A stretch of DNA of 64,000 bases from Octopus sinensis (taxonomy: Eukaryota): contig NC_042997.1 in assembly GCF_006345805.1 (NCBI RefSeq), positions 45,632,001-45,696,000 on the forward strand, in the 5' to 3' direction. Below are positions 26,445 through 39,723 of this stretch, in pieces. The notes below the pieces were generated by a model. That model had not been told where the DNA came from. It saw only the letters and a list, made by a program, of their open reading frames with translations, and did no database searches. A program made the position numbers and the translations under genes. The stretch's first letter is position 1, and every line of letters begins with the position of its first letter.

Positions 26445-26670
26445 ATATACAATAAATTAAAAATAATATATAATAAATAACATATAAAAATAACATATAT
26501 AATAGATTAAAAATAACAAAACAAGCTTGATGCTCAGTAAAGGTGGAAAAAAGACTGGCCTTTTAACTTTTCGAGCATGGCTCTTCGTCAGGAAGAGGAG
26601 AAAGGAAAAGCCAAGAGAAGGGAAAAGTTCACGAACAGCACATGTATAATTACATGGCTGAAGCATATAT
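26445..26670 (-). mobile_element. PLE-type terminal fragment with hammerhead-like core
   Basis: Reverse complement CUGACGA-A-GAGC-CAU-GCUC-GAAA at 26569-26591. Confidence 0.55.
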
Positions 26671-26863
26671 GTGTGTATATGTATATGTGCGCGCACGGTG
26701 TGTATGATTTCGATGTAGGAAAAAGAGTGTAACGTTCGATGTCAATAAATTGTTATCGTTCCTGGCCGTATACTGTCTACTTTTTGTTTTCTATACCTGC
26801 CACGGACAGTTTGAAGCTTACAGACTTCCTACACTTGGTTCCATAAGTTTTACCTTATATATC

Positions 26864-26918
<55 letters not shown>

Positions 26919-27080
26919 GCATATATAAAAACATATATGCATATGTATGTATATATATATATACATATATATATAAATATACACACAGACATATACATAT
27001 GTATATATTTATATATATAAATACATACATACATGTATATATATATGTATATATATATATAATATATATATATATATATA

Positions 27081-27129
<49 letters not shown>

Positions 27130-27379
27130 CACACATGCATGTATAAACATACACATACATGTGTTTTGACTGTGGCTCTATGTGTATGTGTCTGCATGCA
27201 TTGTAATTGGTGTGACATTGAAAGAGCAAAATACAGCTATTCTACGAATATCGATCGATAAAATGATTTCCTAACTAAATATAATTACATCACCGATATG
27301 ATCGATTAGCCCCTCTTGCTTGGTGCTTAGCATGGCCAAAACTGAAACCAAAGGGAGAATTAATGTATACATATGTAAG

Positions 27380-27567
27380 TACGTATGTATGTATGTATGT
27401 ATGTATGTATGTATGTATGTATGTATGTATGTATGTATGTATGAATGTATGTATGTATGTCATTATTCAGTTTATTTCAAGATTTCTTGCCAATAGAGAA
27501 AGAACCGGCTTCTAACCTAGATCCAGGGCTCCTTCATTGGAATTTCAACATCAACAGGGTATGTTTG

Positions 27568-27599
<32 letters not shown>

Positions 27600-27638
27600 A
27601 ATGTATGTATGTATGTATGTATGTATTATGTATGTATG

Positions 27639-27672
<34 letters not shown>

Positions 27673-27702
27673 TGTATGTATGAATGTATGTATGTATGTA
27701 TG

Positions 27703-27734
<32 letters not shown>

Positions 27735-28041
27735 AATGTATGTATGTATGTATGTATGAATGTATGTATGTATGTATGTATGTATGTATGTATGTATGTA
27801 TGTATGTATGTATGTATGATGAATGTATGTATGTATGTATGTATGTATGTATGTATGAATGTATGTATGTATGTATGTATGAATGTATGTATGTATGTAT
27901 GTATGTATGTATGTATGTATGTATGAATGTATGAATGTATGTATGTATGTATGTATGAATGTATGTATGTATATATGTATGTATGTATGTATGTTTGTAT
28001 GTATGTATGTATGTATGTATGTATGTATGAATGTATGTATG

Positions 28042-28075
<34 letters not shown>

Positions 28076-28085
28076 TGTATGTATG

Positions 28086-28119
<34 letters not shown>

Positions 28120-28605
28120 TGTATGTATGTATGTATGTTATGTATGTAGGTATGTATGTATGAATTATGTATGTATGTATGTATGTATGTATGTTGTATG
28201 TATGATGTATGAATGTATGTATGTATGTATGTATGAATGTATGTATGTATATATGTATGTATGTATGTATGTTGTATGTATGTATGTATGTATGTATGTA
28301 TGTATGAATGTTATGTATGTATGTATTGTATGTATGTAGTATGTATGAATGTATGTATGTATGTATGTATGTATGTATGTATGTATGTATGTATGAATGT
28401 ATGAATGTATGTATGTATGTATGTATGTATGTATGTATGTATATATGTATGTATGTATGTATGTTGTATGTATGTATGTATGTATGTATGTATGTATGTA
28501 TATATGTATGGTATGTATGTATGTATGTATGTATGTATGTATGTATGAATGTATGTATGTATTATGTATGTATGTATGTATGTATGTATGTATGTATGTA
28601 TGTGC
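27380..28605. repeat. ~1.2 kb (TATG)n array interrupted by a short repeat at 27458-27565
   Basis: Direct inspection. Confidence 0.97.
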
Positions 28606-29640
28606 AGATTTGTATGTTTTATGTATGTCTTCTCATGCATACAGTTGCATATCTGGACATTCTCATATATTTAAATGGTAAACTTCTGGAAAGTTTTGCA
28701 GATTTTTACAGTTCCAATGATGGATTGGATCTGTTGTCTTCAAATTAGCTTCCTCCTTTCTGGTTTTGAGAAGTCTAAATTCTCAAGATTGGTATTTAGG
28801 CAGTGTGTTACATATCCCAGGGCCCCAATAATTACAGGTATAAACCTGAACTTGTAATCTGGATAGAGTAACTACATATTTCTCAATAGTTCAGCATAGG
28901 CGTTCACCTTTTCACTGACCTTCATTCCGCTTTATGTTAACATTCGCTGGGTTGCTAAGTTCCACAACTGTGCACAGTTTCTCTTCTCCATCCCAAATCA
29001 TTATATCAGATCTGTTGTGCTTACATTTTATTGAGATCTTCACTGGGATATTCCACCAGTATTCCTTTTCATAATGAATGGCTATGACTTCTACCATATT
29101 GTGGGTTCTTATTTCTTTGTCTTCGTGATTATCCTTCTGATGAATTTCATTATCGAGTGTCCTAACTACAACATCATGACTCATCGGTAGATAATACTGT
29201 GATGACATTTTCAGATAACTGCTTATAATGTGGGTGATATCTTCAATGTGAACTCCACAAAGTCTGCATCGGTTGTGACATTTTACTACTTTTCCTGCAT
29301 CTCTATCCCTTTTGTGCATTTGGTACTTGGTTGATATTTCCTGTTTCTGGATTGCAAACGCATACTATTCAAAGTGGGAGGTAGTAATCCGGCTATTGAT
29401 CCATGATAAACTGGTTTGATGACAGATGTTACTATCATCGCGGAGCTTTCTGCTAACATATCTATGCATAGCCTTCTGCTCATATAGGCTCATTCTTTCA
29501 TCTGATGATACGTTGCAGTAGAGTCGTGCGACTTCTTTGGGCTTGTATTCTCGGTTATCAGACAAAGAGTGTCGCTCAGGGAGCTGTTTTCCAAGTCTTC
29601 TGATGTTATCAGCCTCATATATATGCTTATTATGTACAAC
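28600..29640 (-). mobile_element. R4/Dong-like LINE 3' part (CCHC finger plus RLE), 3' end in (CATA)n
   Basis: EQKAMHRYVSRKL, TSHFE, CRLCGVHIEDITHIISS, KCKHNRSDIMIWDGEEKLCTVVELSNPANVNI. Confidence 0.88.
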
Positions 29641-29699
29641 ACCTGTGTCTAAGCCAAAACAAAATTAAAATATCTCCTACGATAATAAGTAAACATTAT

Positions 29700-30818
29700 T
29701 CAAAAGTATATGTTCCGTGGTCGAACATGACATCGATTTCACTGGTTTTTTAAATGGTTCTTACTACTTAGTGGCAGTTGATAGTTTCTCGTAATAGCCA
29801 GAAATTTGTAAGTGTAAAAATCAACCTCCTCAACTGTGATAAATTTTTTACATGAATTGTTTGTTAGATTTGGCATCCCAGACAAGATAATGTCTGACAG
29901 TGGAACACAAACTGTGTTTAGCGAATTTGAAAAAAAAAAATGGTGAAGCGTTCGCGGTAGAACATATAATTACGGTGCCATACCACCCCAGATCCACTGG
30001 ACAGGTGGAACGCTTTGTCGATAGCTTCAAAAGAACCCTTAAAAAATCGAATGAGGAAGTCACAAATTAGGTAACTTTACAATAATTCTTAAGAGTGTAC
30101 CGGGCGACACCAAATCTGAATACATCAACAGGAAACTCTCCAGCGGGGCTGATGTTTGCAAGGAAAGTAAAAATCTATCTTTGATAAATTGCGACCTGGT
30201 AAGAAAAGAAAAAGTGTCAGGGAAGACATAGCAAGATTCTTTAAAGTTGGTGCAAAAGATGTATATGAGGGCATACAAGAATGGAAAGTAGAGTTGGGAA
30301 GATGGCGTAACTACCAAATAAATGCTTTGGTAAAATGATGGTATACAAAAGAGACACAAGAACCAACTGGAAAAGAGGATCGTGGAAAGCGAACCAAAGA
30401 GGTTGGAGTGGAATGGTTGTACGACACGTTCCAAGTACCAACACCACTGCAAGTGATTGAACCCAGGCGTGCGAGTCAGAGGAAAAGAAAACGTGCAGAG
30501 TACCTGAAAATATATGCCAAGCGAAAAAAAGATTAAGTTGTACGGAAAGAACCCTCAAAAAAGGGAGGTAGGGTGAATAAAAATAATTATTGCTAGATAA
30601 AAATGACACTTCCCCCAAAAAAACTTAGAAGGGGAGATGTTGTATGGAATTAGTAATAATGGTACATCCCTCCCATGTGACACGTGATATGAATGAGTCC
30701 CTATAAATAGGAGAGTACGAGACAGTACATAATAGGTGGTCAGAGATAGTCGTGTCTTTACTGGTTTTACTGTATACCGAAGTGGCGTTATAATAATCAA
30801 AATTTTAAGGATATAACA
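29700..30818 (+). mobile_element. Gypsy LTR retrotransposon 3' remnant: integrase, PPT and 3' LTR
   Basis: LHELFVRFGIPDKIMSDSGTQ, VPYHPRSTGQVERFVDSFKR, FLRVYRATPN; PPT agaaggggaga at 30627-30637; LTR TGTTGTAT...ATATAACA at 30638-30818 with TATAAA. Confidence 0.88.
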
Positions 30819-30931
30819 CATACATACATACATACATACGTATATACATACATACATACATACATACATACATACATACATACATACATACATACATACA
30901 TACGTATATACATACATACATACGTACGTAC

Positions 30932-30968
<37 letters not shown>

Positions 30969-30999
30969 TACATACATATACAGAAAAGGCTAAAATTAA

Positions 31000-32570
31000 T
31001 ATCATCCACATTTTTGTTGATGACCTACAAATATATTCTGGTACCACCATCAATACGAAGGGACATTTACAACCATTCTCACGAGACATAGGAAGGAAGT
31101 TTGGGGAAGATAATGCTCATACATAATAGCGGCCGAGGAAAGATTGTCGCCCAAACAGAAAACATGTATGAGTTATCTATCTCCGCTCTCTAATGATGAA
31201 AACTACAAATATCTCGGAGCCGATAAGAATGTTACATGCGTTGGTACTGTGACTAAAGCGAGAATAACAAAAGAGTACTTCTGTAGACACAGGAAAATAT
31301 GGAACTCAGACCTGTATTATTTAACAAAACCTAATCTCACAATGCTTTTTCACTGCTAGTGGTAATATCAACATTTGGGATATTGAACTGGATGAGTTCA
31401 TGCAGCTTGGAAGTTGACGAAATCTGGCAGCTTGGAAGTTGACGAGATCTTGCAGCTTGGAAATCAAAGCTAAAAAGGTACTGATAACCATTGGTAAGTT
31501 ACACATTAACAGAGACATCGATAGGATGTATGTGAGACCGAATGATGGCGGTAGAAGCATAAAGTCATTCCAAATAGTCTTTGTATTACTCAGACAACAA
31601 CTACTGAAGAGTAAAGAAATAAATGAGTACATTCTATGCATGATCAAAAGGGAGAGCAACAACATTTTCAGAGTTATAGAACTGTGCAGGTACTCTGAGA
31701 ATACAACTGTCTCGTGCGACTCAAAGAAGGCTGGACTGGACTATCTAAACAGAAGTTTGAAGGAGAAGCGGGCATCATACCAGCAAAAAGCAATGCATGG
31801 GTACATATCAGCTAGAGGATAACAACAGTATTGGCAGGAAGAGTAGCCTTCCCTGGACCTGCGACAGATACATTACATCCCACCTAGAATGATATGCCTT
31901 GGCTATCCAGGAACAGGAGTTAGCTCCTAAATACCTTATAAATAAGAGAGACAAAGATACCACCAAACCTCCGTTGTGATAGAAAATTCTGGTTCTGCTA
32001 CACCAGTGTGGGAGATATCAGCCACATCATCAGCAGCTACCCTAAAATGTCTGCGAGATATTTCTTGCCTCTGAGGCAGGATACAGCAGCAAAAATTATT
32101 TACAGTGCTATCCGCAGGAAAGATTGCCCTAGCGTATTATACATGAAAGGCATATCAGAACCAGCATGCATTCACACCTTTAAAAACAAGGAATAATAGT
32201 GGAACACTTCAATAAGAAAATAAATTAGGTACAAACATAACATAACTAATATGGTTGTGTGGGACATGGAACAAAAGTAATGCACTGTTGCAGAGGTCAG
32301 CTGCCCAGCCAATGTGTATTTATCAGCAAAAGACCATGAAAAAGAGATCATTTATGGTAAATCAATGCAGAACTTACTGACCTTGTAACCTGCCAATAAA
32401 TTCTCATTTATACCTATCATCATAGGTGCTACATACCTACAAAGTTACACAAAAACTTAGAAATCCTAAGTTTTTCGAAGATGCAATCTCCAGATCCAAT
32501 CTATTAGTGGCACAATGATGATTTGTAAGACATCTCAAAGAGTCTCTACCAGAGATTTTTAAGGTGAATA
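31000..32570 (+). mobile_element. R4/Dong-like LINE, 5'-truncated and degenerate
   Basis: YKYLG, HINRDIDRMYVRPNDGGR, QQKAMHGYIS, DISHIISSYPKMSARYFLPLRQD, IPIIIGA; begins just after a (CATA)n(TA)n array. Confidence 0.85.
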
Positions 32571-32719
32571 GATGCACATACACTTGGGTGTGATTTGTAC
32601 CTCCCCCCACACACGCACTCACACACGCACACACACACATACACACATACGCACTCACACACGCGCACACACACACACATACGCACTCTCTCTCACACAC
32701 ACACACACACACACGCACA

Positions 32720-32762
<43 letters not shown>

Positions 32763-34104
32763 TCTGTGTTTAATACGTTTCTGTTGTTGACATATTGAAC
32801 ATATACTGAATGAATCACTCAAATATAGTTTGCGTAGTCGACATAATATTTAATATTAACAGTGACTTTTGACTTGGAAACTTCTTAAAAATTGCTCTAT
32901 AAATATATATGCATATATATTTATTTAGATGTAGGTATTCTTGAAGTTTAGAACACTGAAAAGAAAGCAATAACTAATAAAACAAAAATGACCCTTTAGT
33001 AAAAGTGGATTCTAAATATTTGTTAAAGAGAAAGAACGACAGAGTCGTCAAGTTTTGCCCCGAGAATGTCTGTTAGGTTGCTCTTGGCCAAATTTCGAAG
33101 TCACCGTCGCCCTTTCTTCCTGTGTAATAAGTATGCAAAGACGCACACACATACATACACACACACACAGACAGTCACATACATACGAATATGTGAGTAT
33201 ATATGTGTTTGTATCAACGAAAGCGTATTATATTTAATGACCTGAAACTTACTTCAAAACAACAATATTTTTTCTCATAAGTCTATGTAAAGTCAATCAC
33301 AGAACATATATGTAAATATAACTCGATTCCTGACCCTATCATTCCTCTTACACTATTCTCCTTATTCCGTCTCGTTATCACCAACCTATTAGGTTATTGT
33401 TATTATTATTATTGTTTATTATGTAAAAAGAAATGTTACCTGATATCTGTCGAATTCTTATCGGTCTTCACATTTATCTATTTCTGGGTAATTTGAAAGT
33501 CGTTTTACTTTCTAACCACATATGTTTGTTTTCTTTTTATTTTTATTTTTCCTACTCTGTCCAATAAAACGCAAAAAAAAAAAAAATTCAAAAGAAAAAA
33601 CAAAAAACAAACGAACAAAAGAACATTAACAGAAAACCCCTATCTGCACATAATTTTTTTTGTTTGAAGTATCTATTATCTCAGAGAAAAGTAAAGAAAA
33701 GGATAATTTACAGACACTTTATACTTTTTGGTTTTTCTTCACGATGTGTATCAGGTTGAATTTCTGATAATTTCTTTCATAAATAATTTTTTTTTTGGTT
33801 TCATACACAAATTAATTTTTTTCCGCCTGTTTCGTTAAATTTTTTTTTTTATCAAGGAGAGTTAATTACTAAGGAGAGCGAACCATAACTGTTAATAATT
33901 CCAGTTCTAGTTATCTCTAGCTTCTGTAATGTTGCATAACTCTCTCTATGGTTAGAGTGCTATGTTAGTTTATATGTGTACCGTTCGTACAGAAGGGATT
34001 TGTGCTCATTAATCAAAGGTTAACGAACGGTTCAAGGTTCTCTTTTCAGTTAATTACTGAGTTGGTGTTTGTCTTTTAGTTTATGTAACATATTCATTTA
34101 TTAT

Positions 34105-34420
34105 TTTACTTGTTTCAGTCATTAGACTGCGGCCATGTTGAAAAATTTTGGTCGAACAGCTCGACCCCATTACTTATTTGTTTTAAGCATGTTGGTGTGT
34201 TAAGCAGTGATGGGGGACACAGCGACACAAAGACAGACAGACACACACATACACACATAAACACACGCATACACAAACACACATATATGCGACAAGCTTC
34301 TTTCAGTTTCCGTCTACCAAATCCATTCACAAGGCTTTGATCGCCCCGAGTCTATAGTAGAAGACACTTGCCCATAGTGCCACGCAATGCCAAAGCGTCT
34401 CACCACGAACCAACCAACTA
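34105..34420 (-). mobile_element. SINE family 1, degenerate
   Basis: Homology to 12123-12521. Confidence 0.75.
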
Positions 34421-34820
34421 CTGCAAGAATACGAAACACACGTCATTTCTACAGTTCTTCCGCTACCTAAAAACGATGAGCCAGTAAGTCTACCGATCGA
34501 ATTTCTCATTTTCTCCACCTCAAATATTTGTGAAAATATCAGTATGTTTCTCATGAATATTCGTCTTTTAGTTTCACAGGAGAAATAAATGATTTAGTAA
34601 AATACAGGATATTCAAAACACTGAATCACCAAAAATAGATACCAGAGAAGAAAAAGTATAACAACTTCAAAATAATCAAAGTAAGTATTTTCATATTAAG
34701 TGCATGCACTCCTATTCGATTTTTCGGCAAGTGGTTTCAGCTTTCTTGAACTGAGGATTGCAGACACACCTAAATCACTAACGCTTTCAGAAATTTAGCA
34801 AATTTATAAGACACCCGAAG

Positions 34821-34874
<54 letters not shown>

Positions 34875-34885
<11 letters not shown>

Positions 34886-35330
34886 GTAAAAAATAAATAC
34901 AGACATGGACAAGAACATGAAACACCAAAGAGACGACACAAGAACCACAGGACGGGACATTCAAAGCCCTCAGTCATCAGTCAAGAACCAGATCATCTTC
35001 GCAATTTCGGCTGATTAAACTTGAGATTGCTCCGATCTGGGCAGCCCCCAAGGGAAATCTAAGCCAAGCGCATTAGATCCCTTGGAAGAAAGCTTCGAAT
35101 GTATACAACACGAGGACGGAAAACGAATGAAGTACACGAACAAAAATACAGAATACGTGACAACAATAAGGAAAGCACGAATAAGAATACAAAAACGTAA
35201 AAACAATAACGGTAAGGATAACAAACAAAACAAAACCAGGACGTAGGACAAGGGTCTTTCGACAGGACGAGTTGAGTTGGGGCTGGCTTATGAAATTGTG
35301 CCTAATGGCCGCGGGAGACGAACAAATACG
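34875..35330 (-). mobile_element. Probable PLE-type terminal repeat next to (TA)n
   Basis: Abuts the (TA)n at 34822-34878; purine-rich on + strand like the other terminal fragments; family assignment uncertain. Confidence 0.35.
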
Positions 35331-35404
35331 TGTTGCTTCGACGACTGCGCACGTATGCATGTGTCCATGTATGTATTTATGTATGTGTGTGTGTGTTTCT
35401 TGTT

Positions 35405-35419
<15 letters not shown>

Positions 35420-35439
<20 letters not shown>

Positions 35440-35641
35440 GTCTGTGTTTATCCCTCCACCATAGCTTGACACCCGATGTTGGTGTGCTTACGTCCCCGTA
35501 GCTTAACGGTTTGGCAAAAGAAACTGACAGAATAAGTACTAGGCTTACAAAGAATAAGTCTTGCGGGTGATTTGTTCGACTAAAATGCGGTGCTCTAGCA
35601 TGGCCGCAGTCAAATGGCTGAAACAAGTAAAAGAATAAAAG
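35420..35641 (+). mobile_element. SINE family 1, 3' half
   Basis: gcttgacacccgatgttggtgtg...catggccgcagtcaaatggctgaaacaagtaaaag. Confidence 0.8.
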
Positions 35642-36810
35642 TGCCATTAAACTCTCCGTACGCTAAAAGGGTCAACTATCTTTGACGAGAGCTCGATATA
35701 ATGTCACATTTACTGTCAGCTTGTAATTGTTTCCCAGAAAAGCAAGAAGCCAAACGTTTCCTAGAAGGGAAGGAAGTAGTGGACCGATATGATCAGAATT
35801 CGACAGCAGCTCGTCAAGCGCGCATCTATAATATGCAATAGAATTTAGGTCACAATCTTGCTTTACGCAAGGGTTATCTCTAATCTCTGGTGCTCGGCAC
35901 AAATATCCATAAATAAGATTTCATCGCAGTAATAAACTCTTATCAACATTCTTGTATGTGCACTGTAATCTTTTTTTTTATATTATCTTCACCGGTCAAG
36001 TTCCTTAATCCTGTTTACTTCAATTTACACAGTTGTAGTTCTTGACAAGTTTAGGTCCAGTCATTATGGAGTATAGTGTAACTAAGGCAACAATATCCTT
36101 CGTGATCTTAGCCTTTTTGTTAGACAGAAAGATGCCCTCACATTTGACATAGAGCTACCGTTGTACACGCAGAATCCGTCTACTACAGTGACTGTACTTT
36201 AATGCAATTGTTTTAAACTATTGACTTTAAAAGGATTAACCTAGAAGCTTGCCTTTCAGGTTAGAAAGTCAAATTGTGGCGGTTTCTGTTTCTGAATGAG
36301 AGTCAGGTAAGCCAGACATTCACATAATGTTCTGCAGCAGGGGTCATTTATATGACGAGGTTGATAAAATTTGCTCTTTCTATTACGAACTATGTACTGC
36401 TTAGTTGGCGAGCTAGTAGAATTAGTAAAATATCAGTCTGTCATTCAGTAACTCTTGAGTCCAAATCCAGTTACGATCCGTTTTTATTTCATCCCTCCTT
36501 AGTGTTAATTTAATGTTCACAACCCTATACTTTAAAAGTTTGTGGCCGTTTTTTCAACAAGTGTAAGCAATGGCTCTTATTCTTTGTACTCTTTCATCAC
36601 CGAAGATTGGTGTTATCAATTCGTCTGTGTCCCATTATTAGTATAATATCCATTTTAATAGACGGAGAAGCCTCTATAATATTAGTTCAGCTTGCTCGAA
36701 ATAATAGCAAAATCTCCAAGCTGTTTCCGTCAATCAGTTGAAGGTGACCACGCAGGCAATTTGAAACCGCTGTCAACAATTCTTTGTTAAACTCGTATGT
36801 GTGTGTGTGT

Positions 36811-36871
<61 letters not shown>

Positions 36872-37186
36872 CAAAGACATAGATACACATACTCATATCA
36901 ATGTAAATATGAGAACTGAATGAAACCACTAAGTATTTCGGCATGGCGGTTGAAACCAGATTGAAGTGGTTGTAGTTGGCAAGAGATCACAGCTAGACAC
37001 CTTCCGCAGGTGAAGAATAATTCAGTCCTTACTGTCCCATTCAAGCGAAGGTTAAAAGCTAAGGGTCCGAAACGCTAGATATCTGCTGAGAATACACAAG
37101 GGTTTTCCGACATTGCTATGGATTCAGAAGTAGAGCGTAGATAAATCTATGAATAACTCCTGCAGTCACTGCTGTAGTTTGAAGCG

Positions 37187-37572
37187 GGTGGAGGCGCAAT
37201 GGCCCAGTGGTTAGAGCAGCGGACTCGTGGTCATAGGATCGCGGTTTCGATTCCCAGACCGGGCGTTGTGAGTGTTTATTGAGCGAAAGCACCTAAAGCT
37301 CCACGCGGCTCCGGCAGGGGGTGGTGGTGATCCCTGCTGTACTCTTTCACCACAACTTTCTCTCACTCTTACTTCCTGTTTCTGTTGTACCTGTATTTCA
37401 AGGGGCCGGCCTTGTCACTCTCTGTATCACGCTGAATATCCCCGAGAACTACGTTAAGGGTGCACGTGTCTGTAGAGTGCTCAGCCACTTACACGTTAAT
37501 TTCACGAGCAGGCTGTTCCGTTGATCGGATCAACCGGAACCCTCATCGTCGTAACCGACGGAGTGCTTCCAC
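37187..37572 (+). mobile_element. SINE family 3 (tRNA-derived) with an 11 bp TSD
   Basis: A box TGGCCCAGTGG, B box GTTTCGATTCC; AGTTTGAAGCG at 37176-37186 and 37573-37583. Confidence 0.9.
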
Positions 37573-37674
37573 AGTTTGAAGCGAATTGAGTTCGTTTCAA
37601 ACTACAGTAGGGTGCAACACCCTGAATAAAGCCGCATACACTTTTAACCAGATAATCAAACTGGATGGCAAAAC

Positions 37675-37720
<46 letters not shown>

Positions 37721-37974
37721 ACACACACACACACATTGCGAGATAGCCATGCAGTAGAAGAAAAAAATGCGTAGATGTATTATTTTCCCTATTCATTGAA
37801 TTGTTTTGTTTGTTCACTGAGTTAACTATTTATGAGACAAAGGGCGATCCTTGGATTCAACTATTAGATGAGATACACTGGGAGTGTTTTACCATGAATC
37901 ATCATCGGCTGTTCCTTGCAATTAGATGCAGTTAGCCACAACATGATTATAGTAGAGTGTATAAACGGTATACA

Positions 37975-38005
<31 letters not shown>

Positions 38006-38046
38006 CCACACCAACACACCACCACACCACACATATATATATATAT

Positions 38047-38094
<48 letters not shown>

Positions 38095-38429
38095 AAATAA
38101 TAACAAAGGGTGAAATTAATTAATTAAGAAGTAATCAGTAATTTCACCAAGTAGAATTCGGCATGCAAAAGACCAATTCATGGTAAGTTTCAGTAATACT
38201 AAATAATTAGGGTTCAGCAACGATTTGCAATTTCTAAACTTTTTGGAATAGCTAAGATTTTTGACTGCTATTTCTAAACGTCGGTGTGTGATGAAGCAAA
38301 TCGTTGCTGGACCCTAATTATATAGTATGGAGTGTGAGTATATGCACTCATATGTATATATATATGTTGTATTGTGGGTACGCACCCACACCCATGTGGG
38401 TATATATGTAGACTGAGTTATATTACATA

Positions 38430-38556
38430 ATCTCCGAAGAGGCCTTGTGATATTTTTGTTAATGTCTCATTTATATCTATATATTGACCAACCATAAAGG
38501 GCTAATATTGGTAAAATGAGACATACTTATCTACATGGCCGAAACAGCTGTAAGAT
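38430..38556 (+). ncRNA. Type I hammerhead-like motif (U4C core variant, long stem II)
   Basis: Stem I AUCU/AGAU, core CCGAAGA, stem II GGCC/GGCC with an internal 11 bp helix, GAAA, palindrome ACAGCUGU, triplet GUA. Confidence 0.65.
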
Positions 38557-38801
38557 CTAATTTATACTTATATTTATATTTACTTGTATTTATATTCTCT
38601 TTTATATATATTCTACTTATTATACAACATTACTCTTTTATGTACACTTTTTTATGTACATTCCTTTATGTACACTGATTTGTTCTGCTTTTTATATTTA
38701 ACCCTACAGTCTCTTATGTGGTGGTTTAATAAAGTATGTGATTGAGTATTATCTGGTAATTGATATTTGATTTAGATGTCTTTCTCCATTTTCTTATCTT
38801 G

Positions 38802-38834
<33 letters not shown>

Positions 38835-39235
38835 GTTGCAGCGAAGTGTTGAATATGTATTATAAAATGATACCAAAGGACAAAATGTCAGATTAACAAG
38901 AATGATAACAAACTAAAATACAACAGGAATTGGAGCCATGTCTGAAGCAGAAAATATAAGAATAAGTAAACAGAGAGAAGTAAATAAAATCAATTATTTT
39001 TGACGGGTACCATGCTGATATATACATACATACATATATATATATATATGTTGCAGCGAAGTGTTGAAGATGTATTATAAAATGATACCAAAGGACAAAA
39101 TGTCAGATTAACAAGAATGATAACAAACTAAAATACAACAGGAATTGGAGCCATGTCTGAAGCAGAAAATATAAGAATAACTAAACAGAGAGAAGTAAAT
39201 AAAATCAATTATTTTTGACGGGTACCATGCTGATA
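38835..39235. repeat. Tandem duplication of a 186 bp unit (38835-39020 and 39050-39235)
   Basis: Two substitutions seen between units; separated by TA-rich microsatellite. Confidence 0.95.
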
Positions 39236-39254
39236 TATACATACATATATATAT

Positions 39255-39403
<149 letters not shown>

Positions 39404-39633
39404 CATAAAATATTAGGGAATAAATCCAAACTTACAGGGAAAAATCAGATTTAGGATTGAATCCAAATTTATAGTAAAATATTATTATATTAAATTAGAG
39501 ATAAAAACACTATTAGGCAAATCATACAATTAATTTTGATATATATTTAAAATAATATAAATTAATAAATCTTATGTATTGGCTTAAGTTTTTCATTGTA
39601 TGATTTGCCTATAGTGGTTTTATCTCTAATTTA

Positions 39634-39719
<86 letters not shown>

Positions 39720-39723
<4 letters not shown>

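Noticed and set aside
34960-35065. CTGATGA and CAGCC-GAAA on the - strand as a hammerhead
   Set aside because: The core elements are in the wrong order or lack a pairing stem II and GUH site
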